From NCBI GenBank assembly GCA_964291215.2, contig OZ219790.1, positions 2,176,001-2,240,000 of the forward strand: a stretch of 64,000 bases of DNA. The letters are read 5' to 3'. The position numbers and the translations under genes were made by a program. Positions 54,481 through 64,000 of this stretch are shown in pieces. Numbering within the stretch: position 1 is the first letter of the stretch; the number at the start of each line of letters is the position of its first letter. Below the pieces are notes generated by a model, which was not told the DNA's origin, made no database searches, and saw only the letters and a list, made by a program, of their open reading frames with translations. The DNA comes from Alphaproteobacteria bacterium (GTDB lineage Bacteria; Pseudomonadota; Alphaproteobacteria; MPNO01; UBA830).

Positions 54481-55744
54481 GGTCGGGCCGGCGGTACCAC
54501 CACGACTACACCGAAGCCGACCATGTCGAACTCCTTGAACTGGGTCTGCCGTGTCAGGTAATGGTCTCGGGCCGCCCCTCGGCGTTGTACGACGACCTGC
54601 TGCGGGACTGGGCCGCATCGCCGAGCTGCTGGAACGCCCGGCGCTGCATGTCGACGAAACCGGCTTCCGGGTCGACGGCAGGACCCGATCGCTCCATGTC
54701 GTCACCGACGGGACGTGCAAGTTCCTGCATCGCAAGCGCGGCAGGCAGGCGATCGAGGAGATCGGCATCAGCTACACCGGCACGCTGGACTGCCGGGCCG
54801 CATAGCTGGTCTGCGATCAATGCACCCACCAGCTGTGCGGGTCCCACCTGCTCAGGGAACTGACCTTCATCGTCGGCGCCAGTGGCTACCGCCGGGCACG
54901 CGTGATGAAGAAACTGCTGCCTGCCACAGGGTTGACAAGAGTGCATCCAGGACTCTGAACGAGGCCGACCGCCGCAGCGTCATCAAGCGCTACCGGACCA
55001 TCCTGACCCGGGGGCGAAGGAACTGCCTGAAATCCCGCCCCGACAGAAAGGAAAACGCGGACGGATTGCGAACGCGCACAACCTCCAGGAGCGTCTCGCA
55101 AGACATGAAGAGTTCGTCCTGCGCTTCATGAGCGACCCGGACGTCAGCTTCACCAACAACACCGGCGAGCAGAAAATCCGGATGGCAAAGGTCAAGGTGT
55201 CCGGATGCTTCCGAACCCGGCTCCACGCCGAGGCCTGGTGCCGAAGCTCAAGCTATCTCACCTCCATGGCCGCACTCGGCTACAGCCCGCTCGTCGCCAT
55301 CCGGGTCGCACTCGCCGGAAACGCCGCCGACATGATCAAGATGCACAACGCCAAACCCGCCTCTGCGGAGGGGCGAGGAGATACCCCGACGCCAGGAAAG
55401 ATCCGGCGTGCCGGGCGCGGTGCCTGACCGCAATGAGCCGCGTCGGGATTCTCGTGACCTCCCGGAAACCGCGCTCCGAGCGGGTCCCGCTTCCGGACGG
55501 TACGACGCATGGTGTGCCGGCACAGCGCGAGAAGGAAACAGACCTTCGGATTGGTCTCGACATGGTGCGAATCGCGCGCAACGGCGCTCTCGATGTGGCC
55601 GTGACATTCAGCCAGAATCAGGATTTGGCGGAGGCCGCCCAGGAAGTTCACACTAACCGAATCGATCTGCAGTGTCAGATCTCCACGAAAACCCGTTCGT
55701 TGCCTACCCCGACATCAAGCCGGAACCAGGGGGTGAGCAGTTAC
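54481..55744 (+). mobile_element. IS66 family element, 3' part, with NYN-domain fragment before its right end
   Basis: LHVDETGFRV, HQLCGSHLLREL, FTNNTGEQKIRMAK; end GGGGGTGAGCAGTTAC; 55651-55744 is an inverted near-copy of 38566-38660. Confidence 0.85.
55380..55650 (+). pseudogene. NYN/LabA (PIN-like) domain fragment
   Basis: REKETDLRIGLDMV..DVAVTFSQNQDLAE resembles the EKGxD..D..SxDxD motifs. Confidence 0.6.
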
Positions 55745-57097
55745 TCTCCATGAATGTTTACAACTCCATGGGATAGTACGATGGCGCCGCGTTTCACTGG
55801 GGGGGCTAGTAGTCTAACATTATTGGATTGATGAATATAGTGACTTCAGTTTCGTCCGGGCATCCTTCGTCGTGAAACGCCAGTCGACAGTGACATCGGC
55901 CGCATTGCGGCGCTCAACCCACGCCACGGTCTCCCGCAGCATGGTGTCGCGGTCGGAAATGCGTCGCCGAAGGCACTGCCGCGACAGCGCGCCGATCTCG
56001 ATTTCGGCCATGTTGAGCCAGCTTCCGTGCTTCGGCGTGTAGCGAAACTCGAACCGCTTTCGTACCCGCCTCTTCGGGCTCGAAGGCTTCATACAGTGAC
56101 TGTGCGTGTTCAGATTGTCCAGCACGATCTTCCTGTCGGGGAAATGGTCGTCGGCAAGCTCCCGGATGAAGTGCGCCCAGTCCCGCGGCGGTCGGTGACT
56201 TTCACCGTGCGCCAGTTCTCGTTGGGCGCAAAGGCCAGGAAGAGGTTGGCCGTGCCGTTGCGCTCATATTCATAGTCGACCACCTCCGGCTGACCGGGGG
56301 ATGCGGGTTTCCTGCTGCCGGCTGGTCTCCAGCACCTCGTCCCTGGCAAAGTCCCGCTGATAAATGTCAAGCACATCCGCCGCCACGAACTGTGCGCTCC
56401 GGTGCGGTGGAATGCACCAGTACTGCTTCAGCCACGGCTTGATCTCTTTTTTTTAGCGTCTTCCTGACCGTCTCTTCTGAAATGCGCTCGACAATCTCCA
56501 TCTCCACCAGACGGCCGGCAAGCAGCTTCAGCGTCCACAGCCCTCGGGCGGGGACGAACAGTGCGACCAGCTTCGCCTCCATCGCCCCCGTTTTGGCCGG
56601 CGGTTCACCTGCTCCTTGCGGCTGAGGGCGGCCCCTCCAGAACGCAGCGCTTGCGCAAACGCTCGACCGTCGCCGTGCCCAGCCCTTGCGCAATGTCGGC
56701 ATCGACAAGCCGAGCGCCCCCTCAACATCAGGATTTGTGCCCGGCGCCAGGCAGCCCCGGTGCCGTCGACAATTGCCTTCAGATCCTGGCGCTCCTGCGC
56801 TGAAAGGGTCACGCGGTAGAGCTTCCTGCCCCGAGAGTTGGCCATATGCGCCGCTTCTGTCATTGCGCCGAAGACCTGCGGGCATGCCCGTTGTCCGGAC
56901 CTGCGCATGGGGCTGCCTGCCTGTTCGGCATCTGCCCGTGTGGATATCGGTACTGTCCAGATTCCAACGAACGCCGACACGGAAATACTACCCACAAAAA
57001 AACCATCAATACAATGCCGGTGGACTACTAGCCCCCCCAGTGAAACGCCTCAAAGCGCAAACCTCAGACAAATTTCCAGACATCAAGTTACAGTACC
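55745..57097 (-). mobile_element. Second IS256 left end (inverted), split by IS630
   Basis: 55745-55809 plus 57028-57097 together are the reverse complement of about 53253-53383. Confidence 0.9.
55810..57027 (-). mobile_element. IS630 family element, full span, degraded (copy B)
   Basis: CTAG on both sides (55806-55809, 57028-57031); TIR core TAGTAGTC; YRVTLSAQER, WTLKLLA, A-run slippery site, DDE-region motifs. Confidence 0.92.
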
Positions 57098-57130
57098 AAG
57101 TGGGAAGTGGACCAAGTGGGACCAAGTGGG
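57095..57130. repeat. Short tandem ACCAAGTGGG repeats
   Basis: ACCAAGTGGG-AAGTGG-ACCAAGTGGG-ACCAAGTGGG. Confidence 0.8.
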
Positions 57131-57225
57131 GGCGCATGATAGACACCACGAGAGCAGTAAACCGACATCGGTTTGCTGCCCTCGCACGCCTATCACCTAC
57201 GCCTCATCGCCAAGCGTAGCGTAAG

Positions 57226-57633
57226 CTACGCGATGTCGCCCCGCGCTGAGCCTAGGCGCCCTGTCCCCTCGATCTCCACCAGCATTTCCGGTTTCGCGAG
57301 CGCAGAGACCTCGACAAGGGAACAGGCCGGAAAATCACCCTCGAAGAACTCCCTCCGCGCCCGCCAGACAGCCTCGCGAAACGATATGTCGGTCACGAAA
57401 ATTGTCAGCTTCAACACGTCGTTCATGGATCCGCCAGCCGCATCCATATAATGCTTCATCTTGTCGAATATGAGCCTCGCCTGCTCATACGGATCGGCCC
57501 CCTCGATCGTGTCCCCGTCAAGTGCGCGGGACGTTAGGCCAGCGACGAAGAATAGGTCGCCGCTGACGAGAAAGTTGGACCAAGTCTGTGGCGGGGGTTC
57601 GGCCACGTGTTCGCTGTATATGCGTTTGCGCAT
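57226..57633 (-). CDS. RidA/YjgF family protein
   Basis: FVAGLT, VLKLTIFVTD, PACSLVEVSALAKPEMLVEIEG. Confidence 0.9.
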   Translation of the reverse strand: MRKRIYSEHVAEPPPQTWSNFLVSGDLFFVAGLTSRALDGDTIEGADPYEQARLIFDKMKHYMDAAGGSMNDVLKLTIFVTDISFREAVWRARREFFEGDFPACSLVEVSALAKPEMLVEIEGTGRLGSARGDIA

Positions 57634-58129
57634 GGCGCCTTTCTCCTTCTGTTTGTCCCGAGCGGCCCGAATCGACCGGCGCGCACCACAGCCGCCTGTA
57701 GTCGTCTACCGTAACCGGGCGCAAAGTCCGGGGCGAGGACAGCATCACGGAATTGACCCCGCGCCGCTCCCCGCCCGTCGATCATCAGGGGCCCGATGCC
57801 ACGGACGCGATCTTCTACGCCGCCGCGTCCGAACTCGCAACACGCCGCGCGATGGCGACAGCAACGGTCGCAGCCTCCGGCACGGTCCGAGTGACGAATA
57901 AACGCTCGTCCGGGCCGGCCGCGCGCCTACACCGGGCGCAGGCAACTCGCGTCCAAAACCGCGTGCGTTCGAGGCGCGGGTTCGGATAGGGTGCAGCCCC
58001 CGAACCGGCACCCTCCGGGGGCGCCGGCCGCCCGATCCCGCACGAAATGTCACCCATGCCCGTTGACGCCGCCCCCGACCGTTCCCGCCCCCACTTGACA
58101 CCGAACCCCCGGCCGGGAGGCCGCCTGAG

Positions 58130-61100
58130 ATGGTAGCCGCACTCGGCAGGCCGGGCCGGAGCGAGTATTATCTCGACAGTCAGCAAACGCTCCACGGCCC
58201 GCTTGACGGCGCCAGGGGGCGGCGCGAGGCCGCGGGGCGGTGGTGGAACCCGGCTGGCCTGTTCGGCCTCGCCGACCGAGATCCGGTCGAGGACGCCGCG
58301 TTCGCCAACCTCCATCGCGGCGTCTCCCCAGACGGGCGCACAGCGCTGGTGCGGAACGCTGGCGGACGCCGACGCAGCGGCATCGATCTTGTGTTCCCCG
58401 CCGACAAGTCGGTCTCCGCGCTGTGGGCGATTGCCGATCCGGAGACCGGCCGGCTGATCGAGGAAGCGCATGATGACGCCGTCCGTCTCGCGCTCATCGA
58501 GATCGTCGCGAAACACGCGATGTCGGGCGTGAGGATCCATATCGGCACCTGGGTGGAGTTCGTTCCCGCAGACGTCATGGGAGCCACGTTCCGGCACGGG
58601 TCGAGCCACGCCCACGACCCCCATCTTCACACCCATTGCGTGATCTTCAACCTTGCGCGGCTTCGCGACAGCAATCGTTGGTTCGCCACAACCAAAAACG
58701 CTCTCCATTGCTGGCTGAGGGCCGCGGGAGCGGCCTACCGGCACGCACTGGCCTGGAACCTCCGCGAGCGCATCGGCGTCCGCTGCGAACCCTACGGCCG
58801 CAACGACGCCCTCATGCGCATCGCGGGCATGCCTCGCGGGCTGATCCGCGAGTGGTCGAAGCGCAAGCAGATGATGGAAAACGCATTGGAGTTGGCCGGG
58901 GTGCAGGCGCGCAGCGCAACAGGCGCACAGACCACGATGATCGCCAAAGCCACACGCGACGGAGGAGACCGGCACCCGGACCTCAAGGAACTCCGCCCCG
59001 TATGGGCGCGTGAACGGAAGTCCTGGGTCTCCGACCCGGCCCGCCTCATGGCCTCGCTGTCGAAGCCCGACGAGCGGTTCCCGTCACCGAGCCGCTACGA
59101 GATCCTCCGTAAGCTGAAACGTGTACCCGACGATCTCGCGGCGCGGCACTCCCCATTCTCCCATCCCGACCTGGTCGAGAGCGTCTGCAGCGTCTCCGCC
59201 GGTTACATCGACTGGCGCGACGCAAGCGGGTGGATCGCGGAGGCAATCCGCCGCTCTGATGTCGTCCGAGTCGACAATCCTGAGCGGTCGCCCGCGGCCC
59301 GCGCCGACCAGATGCATTCGCGGCTTTATGCCCTCGAAAACACCGCCGAATCCGGGAACGCGCTCAGGGAGGCGGCGCGCAAGTTATCCCGGGACGCACG
59401 CTTCGCCGTACCGCAAGCCAGGGTCGAGGAGCGCATCCGGAGCCTCGACGCGGCCGGCTACCCGCTCTCGGCCGACGACATCGCGGCGATCCGCTACGTC
59501 ACATCGGGGCGCCGCATCGCAGTCATCGAGCTCGCGCCCGCGCTCGACCGCAGCCTCGCCCTGCGCCCGGCCGCCGACCTTCACCGCAACGAGGGCTACC
59601 GGGTGATCGGGGCGGCGGCCACGCTCCGCGCGGCGGCCGAGCTCCAGAATGAGACCGGCATCGCGTCGATGCAGATCAACCGGCTCCTGAAGATGAACGA
59701 CAAGCGCGCGCTCGACGACAACCGGGCCTGGGTATTCGTGATCGCCGATGCCGGCATCCTGCTTGAACGCCAGTTCCGAACGCTGTTTGCGCTCGCCGGA
59801 CGCTACTCGGCGAAGTTCATCCTGGTCGCGGAAGCGGGCCAGCGTCCGTCGCTTGTGGCGGCTCCCGGTCTCGGCCTCGTTACCGACGTCACCGGCTGCC
59901 TGCGTTCCTACTACCGACGGCTGCCCGGCGATGTTGTGTCCGAGGCCTTTTCCAATAATCGCGTTCGGCTCAGCAACGGGCTCAGGGAGACACTGGAGCG
60001 CACGGCCGGGGACTGGGACCAACATAGGAGGACCTTTCCCCGAGATTCGGTCGCGGTCGTCGCCCGCACCCGCAAGGAAGAGAAGGTTCTGACCCATATG
60101 CTTCGCACGCGCCTGCTCGGCCCCGCCGCCGAAGGTGCACACGCCTGCATTGAGGTCCACCAGCACACCAAACTCACAGCGTACGGAAAATCCGCGCCGA
60201 TGGAAATCCGGGCCGGCGACCGACTGAGAATCGGCGCCACCCTGTGGGAGGCGCGCCTGTTCCGGGGCTCCGTGGTCACCGTCGAGGACATCGTCCCCAT
60301 CGCGTCAGTCACCGAAGAGACGCGTTTCCTCATCCGCGTAGCGACGCGCGAAGGCCGGCAGGTCGAGTTTTACCACGACGATGTCCGCGACGGGCATGGC
60401 GGCGTCCGCCTCGCGCACGGATACGCCTGCACGGTCGACGAACTGGTCGGCAGGTTCGATCGCATTTTCGCGTTGGCCGACGACGGGTGGCGGCGACACC
60501 AGCTCGAACGCATCGCGGCCTGCTGCCGTGTCCGGCCCCGAATCCATGTCAACCGCGAACAGCTGGCGGCCGCGTTCGGGGCACCGGCCGATGACGATAC
60601 GCTTCTCAACCGCCTGCGCCAGAGCTGGTCACTTACTGCCAGGAGCGGACAACCCTGCAGGGACCAGAAACTCCATCCCGACCGTCACGCCCATGCGGAA
60701 GGATGGCTTATAGCCAATGACGGCGGCGACGGAACGCTGCGGCAACTCGGACAGGACATCGCCCAGGCAAATCTCGACCTCCGTCACGGCGACACGGTCG
60801 CCGCCTTCGCCGCCGGCAGGGCCGCAGTGCTCGAGGAATGGGCGGCATGCCGCGAGCGCATCTCCGTCGACGGAGATGCAGCGTTGCTCGCGCCGTCGGT
60901 CGCCAGAACACTGCGCCGGCACAGGGCGCTGATCGACTCTCTCGAGACCCTGCCGCGGCGGTGGACACCTCTGGTGCAGCGGATGTTCGCGGCACGCGGC
61001 GACCTGGCACCAAACGACATTCGGAAGTTCGCCGCGCTCTACCGACGGCTGCGCGATCAACGGAGGATCGCAGCGGCGCGTCAGCTCCGGAACGAGACCG

Positions 61101-61504
61101 CCGGCGCAGACACCGCTTCCGTCGATGCGTGGCTCGCCGAAGTCGCGCGCCAGCGGCGGTTCCGCACCTTCGTGCTCAATGCCGTGGAGCACAACGCCGG
61201 GCGCGCATGCGAGATCCCGTCATGGCGGAACAGCGTGGCAGACGCCGAGCGGTTGATCGCCCGCGGCCGCGCCATCCTCGCCGCAAGCAGTCTGCCGCAA
61301 ACAGGCGATGCGGGACGCAGCGCGGTGCAAGCCGCCGTGGCGGTGCTCGAAGCGGAGCAGAGAGAAGACCTGTCGGTCCCCGGCCGCAGGCTCGAGCCCG
61401 CCCCCGACGCGGCGCCGCGCCAAGGTCTCGCTGCAGCGTTGGCGCAGGCGCACCGGCAACCCGAGAATCATCGCCTGGCCCGTGAAAGCTCTATCGCCTT
61501 CTGA
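58130..61504 (+). CDS. MobF (TrwC/TraA-like) relaxase with degenerate helicase region
   Basis: N-terminal EYY, DLVFPADKSVSALWA, H..DPHLHTHCVIFN, WSKR; helicase motifs altered (IELAPALDRS, ADAGIL, HGYACTV). Confidence 0.88.
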   Translation: MVAALGRPGRSEYYLDSQQTLHGPLDGARGRREAAGRWWNPAGLFGLADRDPVEDAAFANLHRGVSPDGRTALVRNAGGRRRSGIDLVFPADKSVSALWAIADPETGRLIEEAHDDAVRLALIEIVAKHAMSGVRIHIGTWVEFVPADVMGATFRHGSSHAHDPHLHTHCVIFNLARLRDSNRWFATTKNALHCWLRAAGAAYRHALAWNLRERIGVRCEPYGRNDALMRIAGMPRGLIREWSKRKQMMENALELAGVQARSATGAQTTMIAKATRDGGDRHPDLKELRPVWARERKSWVSDPARLMASLSKPDERFPSPSRYEILRKLKRVPDDLAARHSPFSHPDLVESVCSVSAGYIDWRDASGWIAEAIRRSDVVRVDNPERSPAARADQMHSRLYALENTAESGNALREAARKLSRDARFAVPQARVEERIRSLDAAGYPLSADDIAAIRYVTSGRRIAVIELAPALDRSLALRPAADLHRNEGYRVIGAAATLRAAAELQNETGIASMQINRLLKMNDKRALDDNRAWVFVIADAGILLERQFRTLFALAGRYSAKFILVAEAGQRPSLVAAPGLGLVTDVTGCLRSYYRRLPGDVVSEAFSNNRVRLSNGLRETLERTAGDWDQHRRTFPRDSVAVVARTRKEEKVLTHMLRTRLLGPAAEGAHACIEVHQHTKLTAYGKSAPMEIRAGDRLRIGATLWEARLFRGSVVTVEDIVPIASVTEETRFLIRVATREGRQVEFYHDDVRDGHGGVRLAHGYACTVDELVGRFDRIFALADDGWRRHQLERIAACCRVRPRIHVNREQLAAAFGAPADDDTLLNRLRQSWSLTARSGQPCRDQKLHPDRHAHAEGWLIANDGGDGTLRQLGQDIAQANLDLRHGDTVAAFAAGRAAVLEEWAACRERISVDGDAALLAPSVARTLRRHRALIDSLETLPRRWTPLVQRMFAARGDLAPNDIRKFAALYRRLRDQRRIAAARQLRNETAGADTASVDAWLAEVARQRRFRTFVLNAVEHNAGRACEIPSWRNSVADAERLIARGRAILAASSLPQTGDAGRSAVQAAVAVLEAEQREDLSVPGRRLEPAPDAAPRQGLAAALAQAHRQPENHRLARESSIAF

Positions 61505-61587
61505 TGCCCGAACCCCCGCGAACCGACACACGGGGAAACGCTGCCTCTGGGCTTTCACGACCCAGCTGCCACAGCCGAGAAGCCGGG

Positions 61588-63534
61588 TCAGGAAGGGCGG
61601 TTTTGCCGGTTCTCCACCAGATCGTCCACCACCGCCGGCTCGGCCAGCGTCGTGGTATCACCAAGCTGGTCGTGCTCGTTACTGGCGATCTTGCGCAATA
61701 TGCGGCGCATGATCTTGCCGGAACGGGTCTTGGGCAGGCCCGGCGCCCACTGAATCAGGTCGGGCGTCGCGATCGGACCAATCTCGCGGCGCACCCACCG
61801 CGCCAGCTCGTCGCGCAACGCATCTGACGGCTCTTCGCCCTCCATCAGGGTGACATAGGCATAGATGCCCTGCCCCTTCACGTCATGCGGATATCCGACC
61901 ACCGCAGATTCAGCGACCTTGGCATGGCCGACGAGCGCGCTCTCCACTTCGGCCGTTCCGATCCGGTGTCCCGAGACATTGATCACGTCATCGACCCGCC
62001 CGGTGATCCAGTAGTAGCCGTCCTCGTCGCGACGACAGCCGTCGCCGGTGAAATAGTATCCCCTGTAGGTCGCGAAATAGGTCTCCCGGAAGCGGTCATG
62101 ATCGCGGAAGACCGTGCGCATCTGTCCCGGCCATGAGTCCGTCAGAACGAGGTTCCCCGAGACGGCGCCCTCGAGGACATTGCCGTCGGCGTCGACGATG
62201 GCCGGCTGGACGCCGAAGAACGGGCGCGTCGCCGAACCGGGCTTGAGCGCGGTCGCGCCGGGGAGCGGCGTGATCAGGATGCCGCCGGTCTCGGTCTGCC
62301 ACCACGTGTCGACGATAGGACAGCGGCCATCGCCGACCACATCGCGGTACCAGAGCCAGGCCTCCGGATTTATCGGCTCGCCGACGGTCCCGAGCAGCCG
62401 CAACGAACCGCGGTCCGCGGCGTGCACCGGCTCGTTTCCGGCGCGCATCAGCGCCCGGATCGCAGTCGGCGCGGTGTAGAAGACGGTGACCCCGTGCTTG
62501 TCGCAGACCTGCCAGAAGCGCGAGAAGTCGGGATAGGTCGGCACCCCCTCGAAGATCAGCGTGGTTGCCCCGTTGGCGAGCGGGCCGTAGACGATGTAGG
62601 AATGCCCCGTGATCCAACCGACATCCGCCGTGCACCAGTAGATGTCGTCCTCGCGGATATCGAACACGTACTCATGGGTCATCGACGCGTAGACCAAGTA
62701 CCCGCCGGTGGTGTGGAGCACGCCCTTCGGCTTGCCTGTGGAGCCCGACGTGTAGAGGATGAAGAGCGGATCCTCGGCGTCCATCTCCTCGGGCGGGCAG
62801 TCGGCCGCGACCTTGGCCATCGCTTCGTGGTACCAGACATCGCGGCCATCGGTCCAGCCGACATCGGCGCCAGTGCGGCGAACGACGACGCTGCCACGCA
62901 CCGACGGGCATTTTTCCAAGGCCTCGTCGACATAGGCCTTGAGCGGGATCTTGCGGCCGCCGCGAACCCCCTCGTCCGCAGTCACCACCAGGCAGGAATC
63001 GGAATCATGGATTCGCCCGGCGATGGATTCCGGCGAGAAGCCGCCAAACACCACCGAATGGACAGCGCCGATGCGCGCACAGGCGAGCACGGCGACCGCG
63101 ATTTCGGGGATCATCGGCAGATAGATCGTGACCCGGTCGCCCCTGCCGACGCCGTTCGCCTTGAGAACGTTCGCAAAGCGGCAGACCTCGCCATGAAGCT
63201 CGCGGTAGGTCAGGGTCCGCGATTCGGCCGGGTCGTCACCCTCCCAGATGATCGCGGCCTTGTCGCCGCGGGTCTCGAGATGCCGGTCGAGGCAATTTGC
63301 CGACGCGTTGAGCGTACCGTCATGGAACCAGCGCACATGGACATCGTCATAGGCGTAGGAGACATCCTTGACCTCGGTGTAGGGCTGCATCCAGCCGATG
63401 CGGCGGCCGTGCTCGTTCCAGAATCCCTCGGAGTCTTCGATCGAACGCCGGTACATCTCCTGATACCGCGCATCGTCGACATGGGCCGTGCCCGCCCATT
63501 CCCTGGGAACCGCGAAGACCTCGTTTTCCGACAT
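61588..63534 (-). CDS. acs: Acetyl-CoA synthetase
   Basis: [51 protein letters not shown]. Confidence 0.98.
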   Translation of the reverse strand: MSENEVFAVPREWAGTAHVDDARYQEMYRRSIEDSEGFWNEHGRRIGWMQPYTEVKDVSYAYDDVHVRWFHDGTLNASANCLDRHLETRGDKAAIIWEGDDPAESRTLTYRELHGEVCRFANVLKANGVGRGDRVTIYLPMIPEIAVAVLACARIGAVHSVVFGGFSPESIAGRIHDSDSCLVVTADEGVRGGRKIPLKAYVDEALEKCPSVRGSVVVRRTGADVGWTDGRDVWYHEAMAKVAADCPPEEMDAEDPLFILYTSGSTGKPKGVLHTTGGYLVYASMTHEYVFDIREDDIYWCTADVGWITGHSYIVYGPLANGATTLIFEGVPTYPDFSRFWQVCDKHGVTVFYTAPTAIRALMRAGNEPVHAADRGSLRLLGTVGEPINPEAWLWYRDVVGDGRCPIVDTWWQTETGGILITPLPGATALKPGSATRPFFGVQPAIVDADGNVLEGAVSGNLVLTDSWPGQMRTVFRDHDRFRETYFATYRGYYFTGDGCRRDEDGYYWITGRVDDVINVSGHRIGTAEVESALVGHAKVAESAVVGYPHDVKGQGIYAYVTLMEGEEPSDALRDELARWVRREIGPIATPDLIQWAPGLPKTRSGKIMRRILRKIASNEHDQLGDTTTLAEPAVVDDLVENRQNRPS

Positions 63535-63791
63535 TGCCCCATCCTTTCGTGCCGTCCCGAAAACTCCCGCGCCGGATTATCCGTCCAAATCCGCGCCGGG
63601 GCAAGACGCCAGCGCCGCCGTTCACGCGGATCCCACGCTGCTAATCCGGCGACGACTGACGAGATTTTCTCAGTTTGTGTCGCGCTGCAATCGTGCCGCC
63701 AAGGCTCGATGGGGCCTTCTCGGCACGAAAATTGCGATCAAGGAGGCGATCTGTGATGAGCCCCAACGCATTCGGATTTCGCGTCTCCGAA

Positions 63792-64000
63792 TTAGCATGG
63801 GATCGTCGTGGCCGCCGTTTCCGGCGGCAGGCCGGTCAGATAGACCTTGCCGCCTCTCACCGCCACGGGTACTGCGTTCAGCGCTTGGCCCGGACATGGC
63901 CCTTCGACGCAGAGCCCGCTGGCGATATCGAAGAGCGCACCGTGCATCGAACAGAGGATCAGCCGGCGATCGCGCGTGAGGAAGGCGTCCGGCTTCCAGT
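63792..64000 (-). CDS. Rieske (2Fe-2S) ferredoxin-like protein, C-terminal part
   Basis: Minus-strand WKPDAFLTRDRRLILCSMHGALFDIASGLCVEGPCPG..*. Confidence 0.85.
   Translation of the reverse strand, partial: WKPDAFLTRDRRLILCSMHGALFDIASGLCVEGPCPGQALNAVPVAVRGGKVYLTGLPPETAATTIPC

Noticed and set aside
53253-57097. Composite transposon bounded by two IS256 left ends
   Set aside because: No target-site duplication on the outer flanks.
57753-57989. 78-aa ORF upstream of the relaxase as an accessory mobilisation gene
   Set aside because: TTG start, low-complexity sequence and no ribbon-helix-helix pattern; unsupported.

Overview
GC-rich chromosomal segment of an alphaproteobacterium (Rhodospirillales-like by gene style; inference). 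Intact housekeeping blocks (dnaA-dnaN-recF-gyrB, panBC, acs, tRNA-Ser, peptide ABC genes, redox/catabolic genes) alternate with three decayed accessory regions: a toxin-antitoxin graveyard (~22.2-28.8 kb), a tRNA-Ser-adjacent IS pile-up (~37.3-45.8 kb) and a nested IS cluster after gyrB (~53.2-57.1 kb). The strongest signal is a pervasive pattern of short (~5-12 bp) deletions that shred every IS and several dispensable genes. The same deletions recur at the same sites in IS copies that otherwise differ mostly at synonymous positions, which suggests a sequence-directed deletion process; gene conversion or a systematic assembly artefact are the alternatives. Other highlights: an IS66 element (TIRs, 8-bp TSD) carrying a translationally coupled DNA methyltransferase relic, an intact stand-alone MobF relaxase with a degenerate helicase, an orphan HipA kinase with an N-terminal extension, an Mre11/Rad50-like YhaO-YhaN pair, MITEs, and a probable CTG start for recF. 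All family assignments are from motif recognition by eye; no searches were run.
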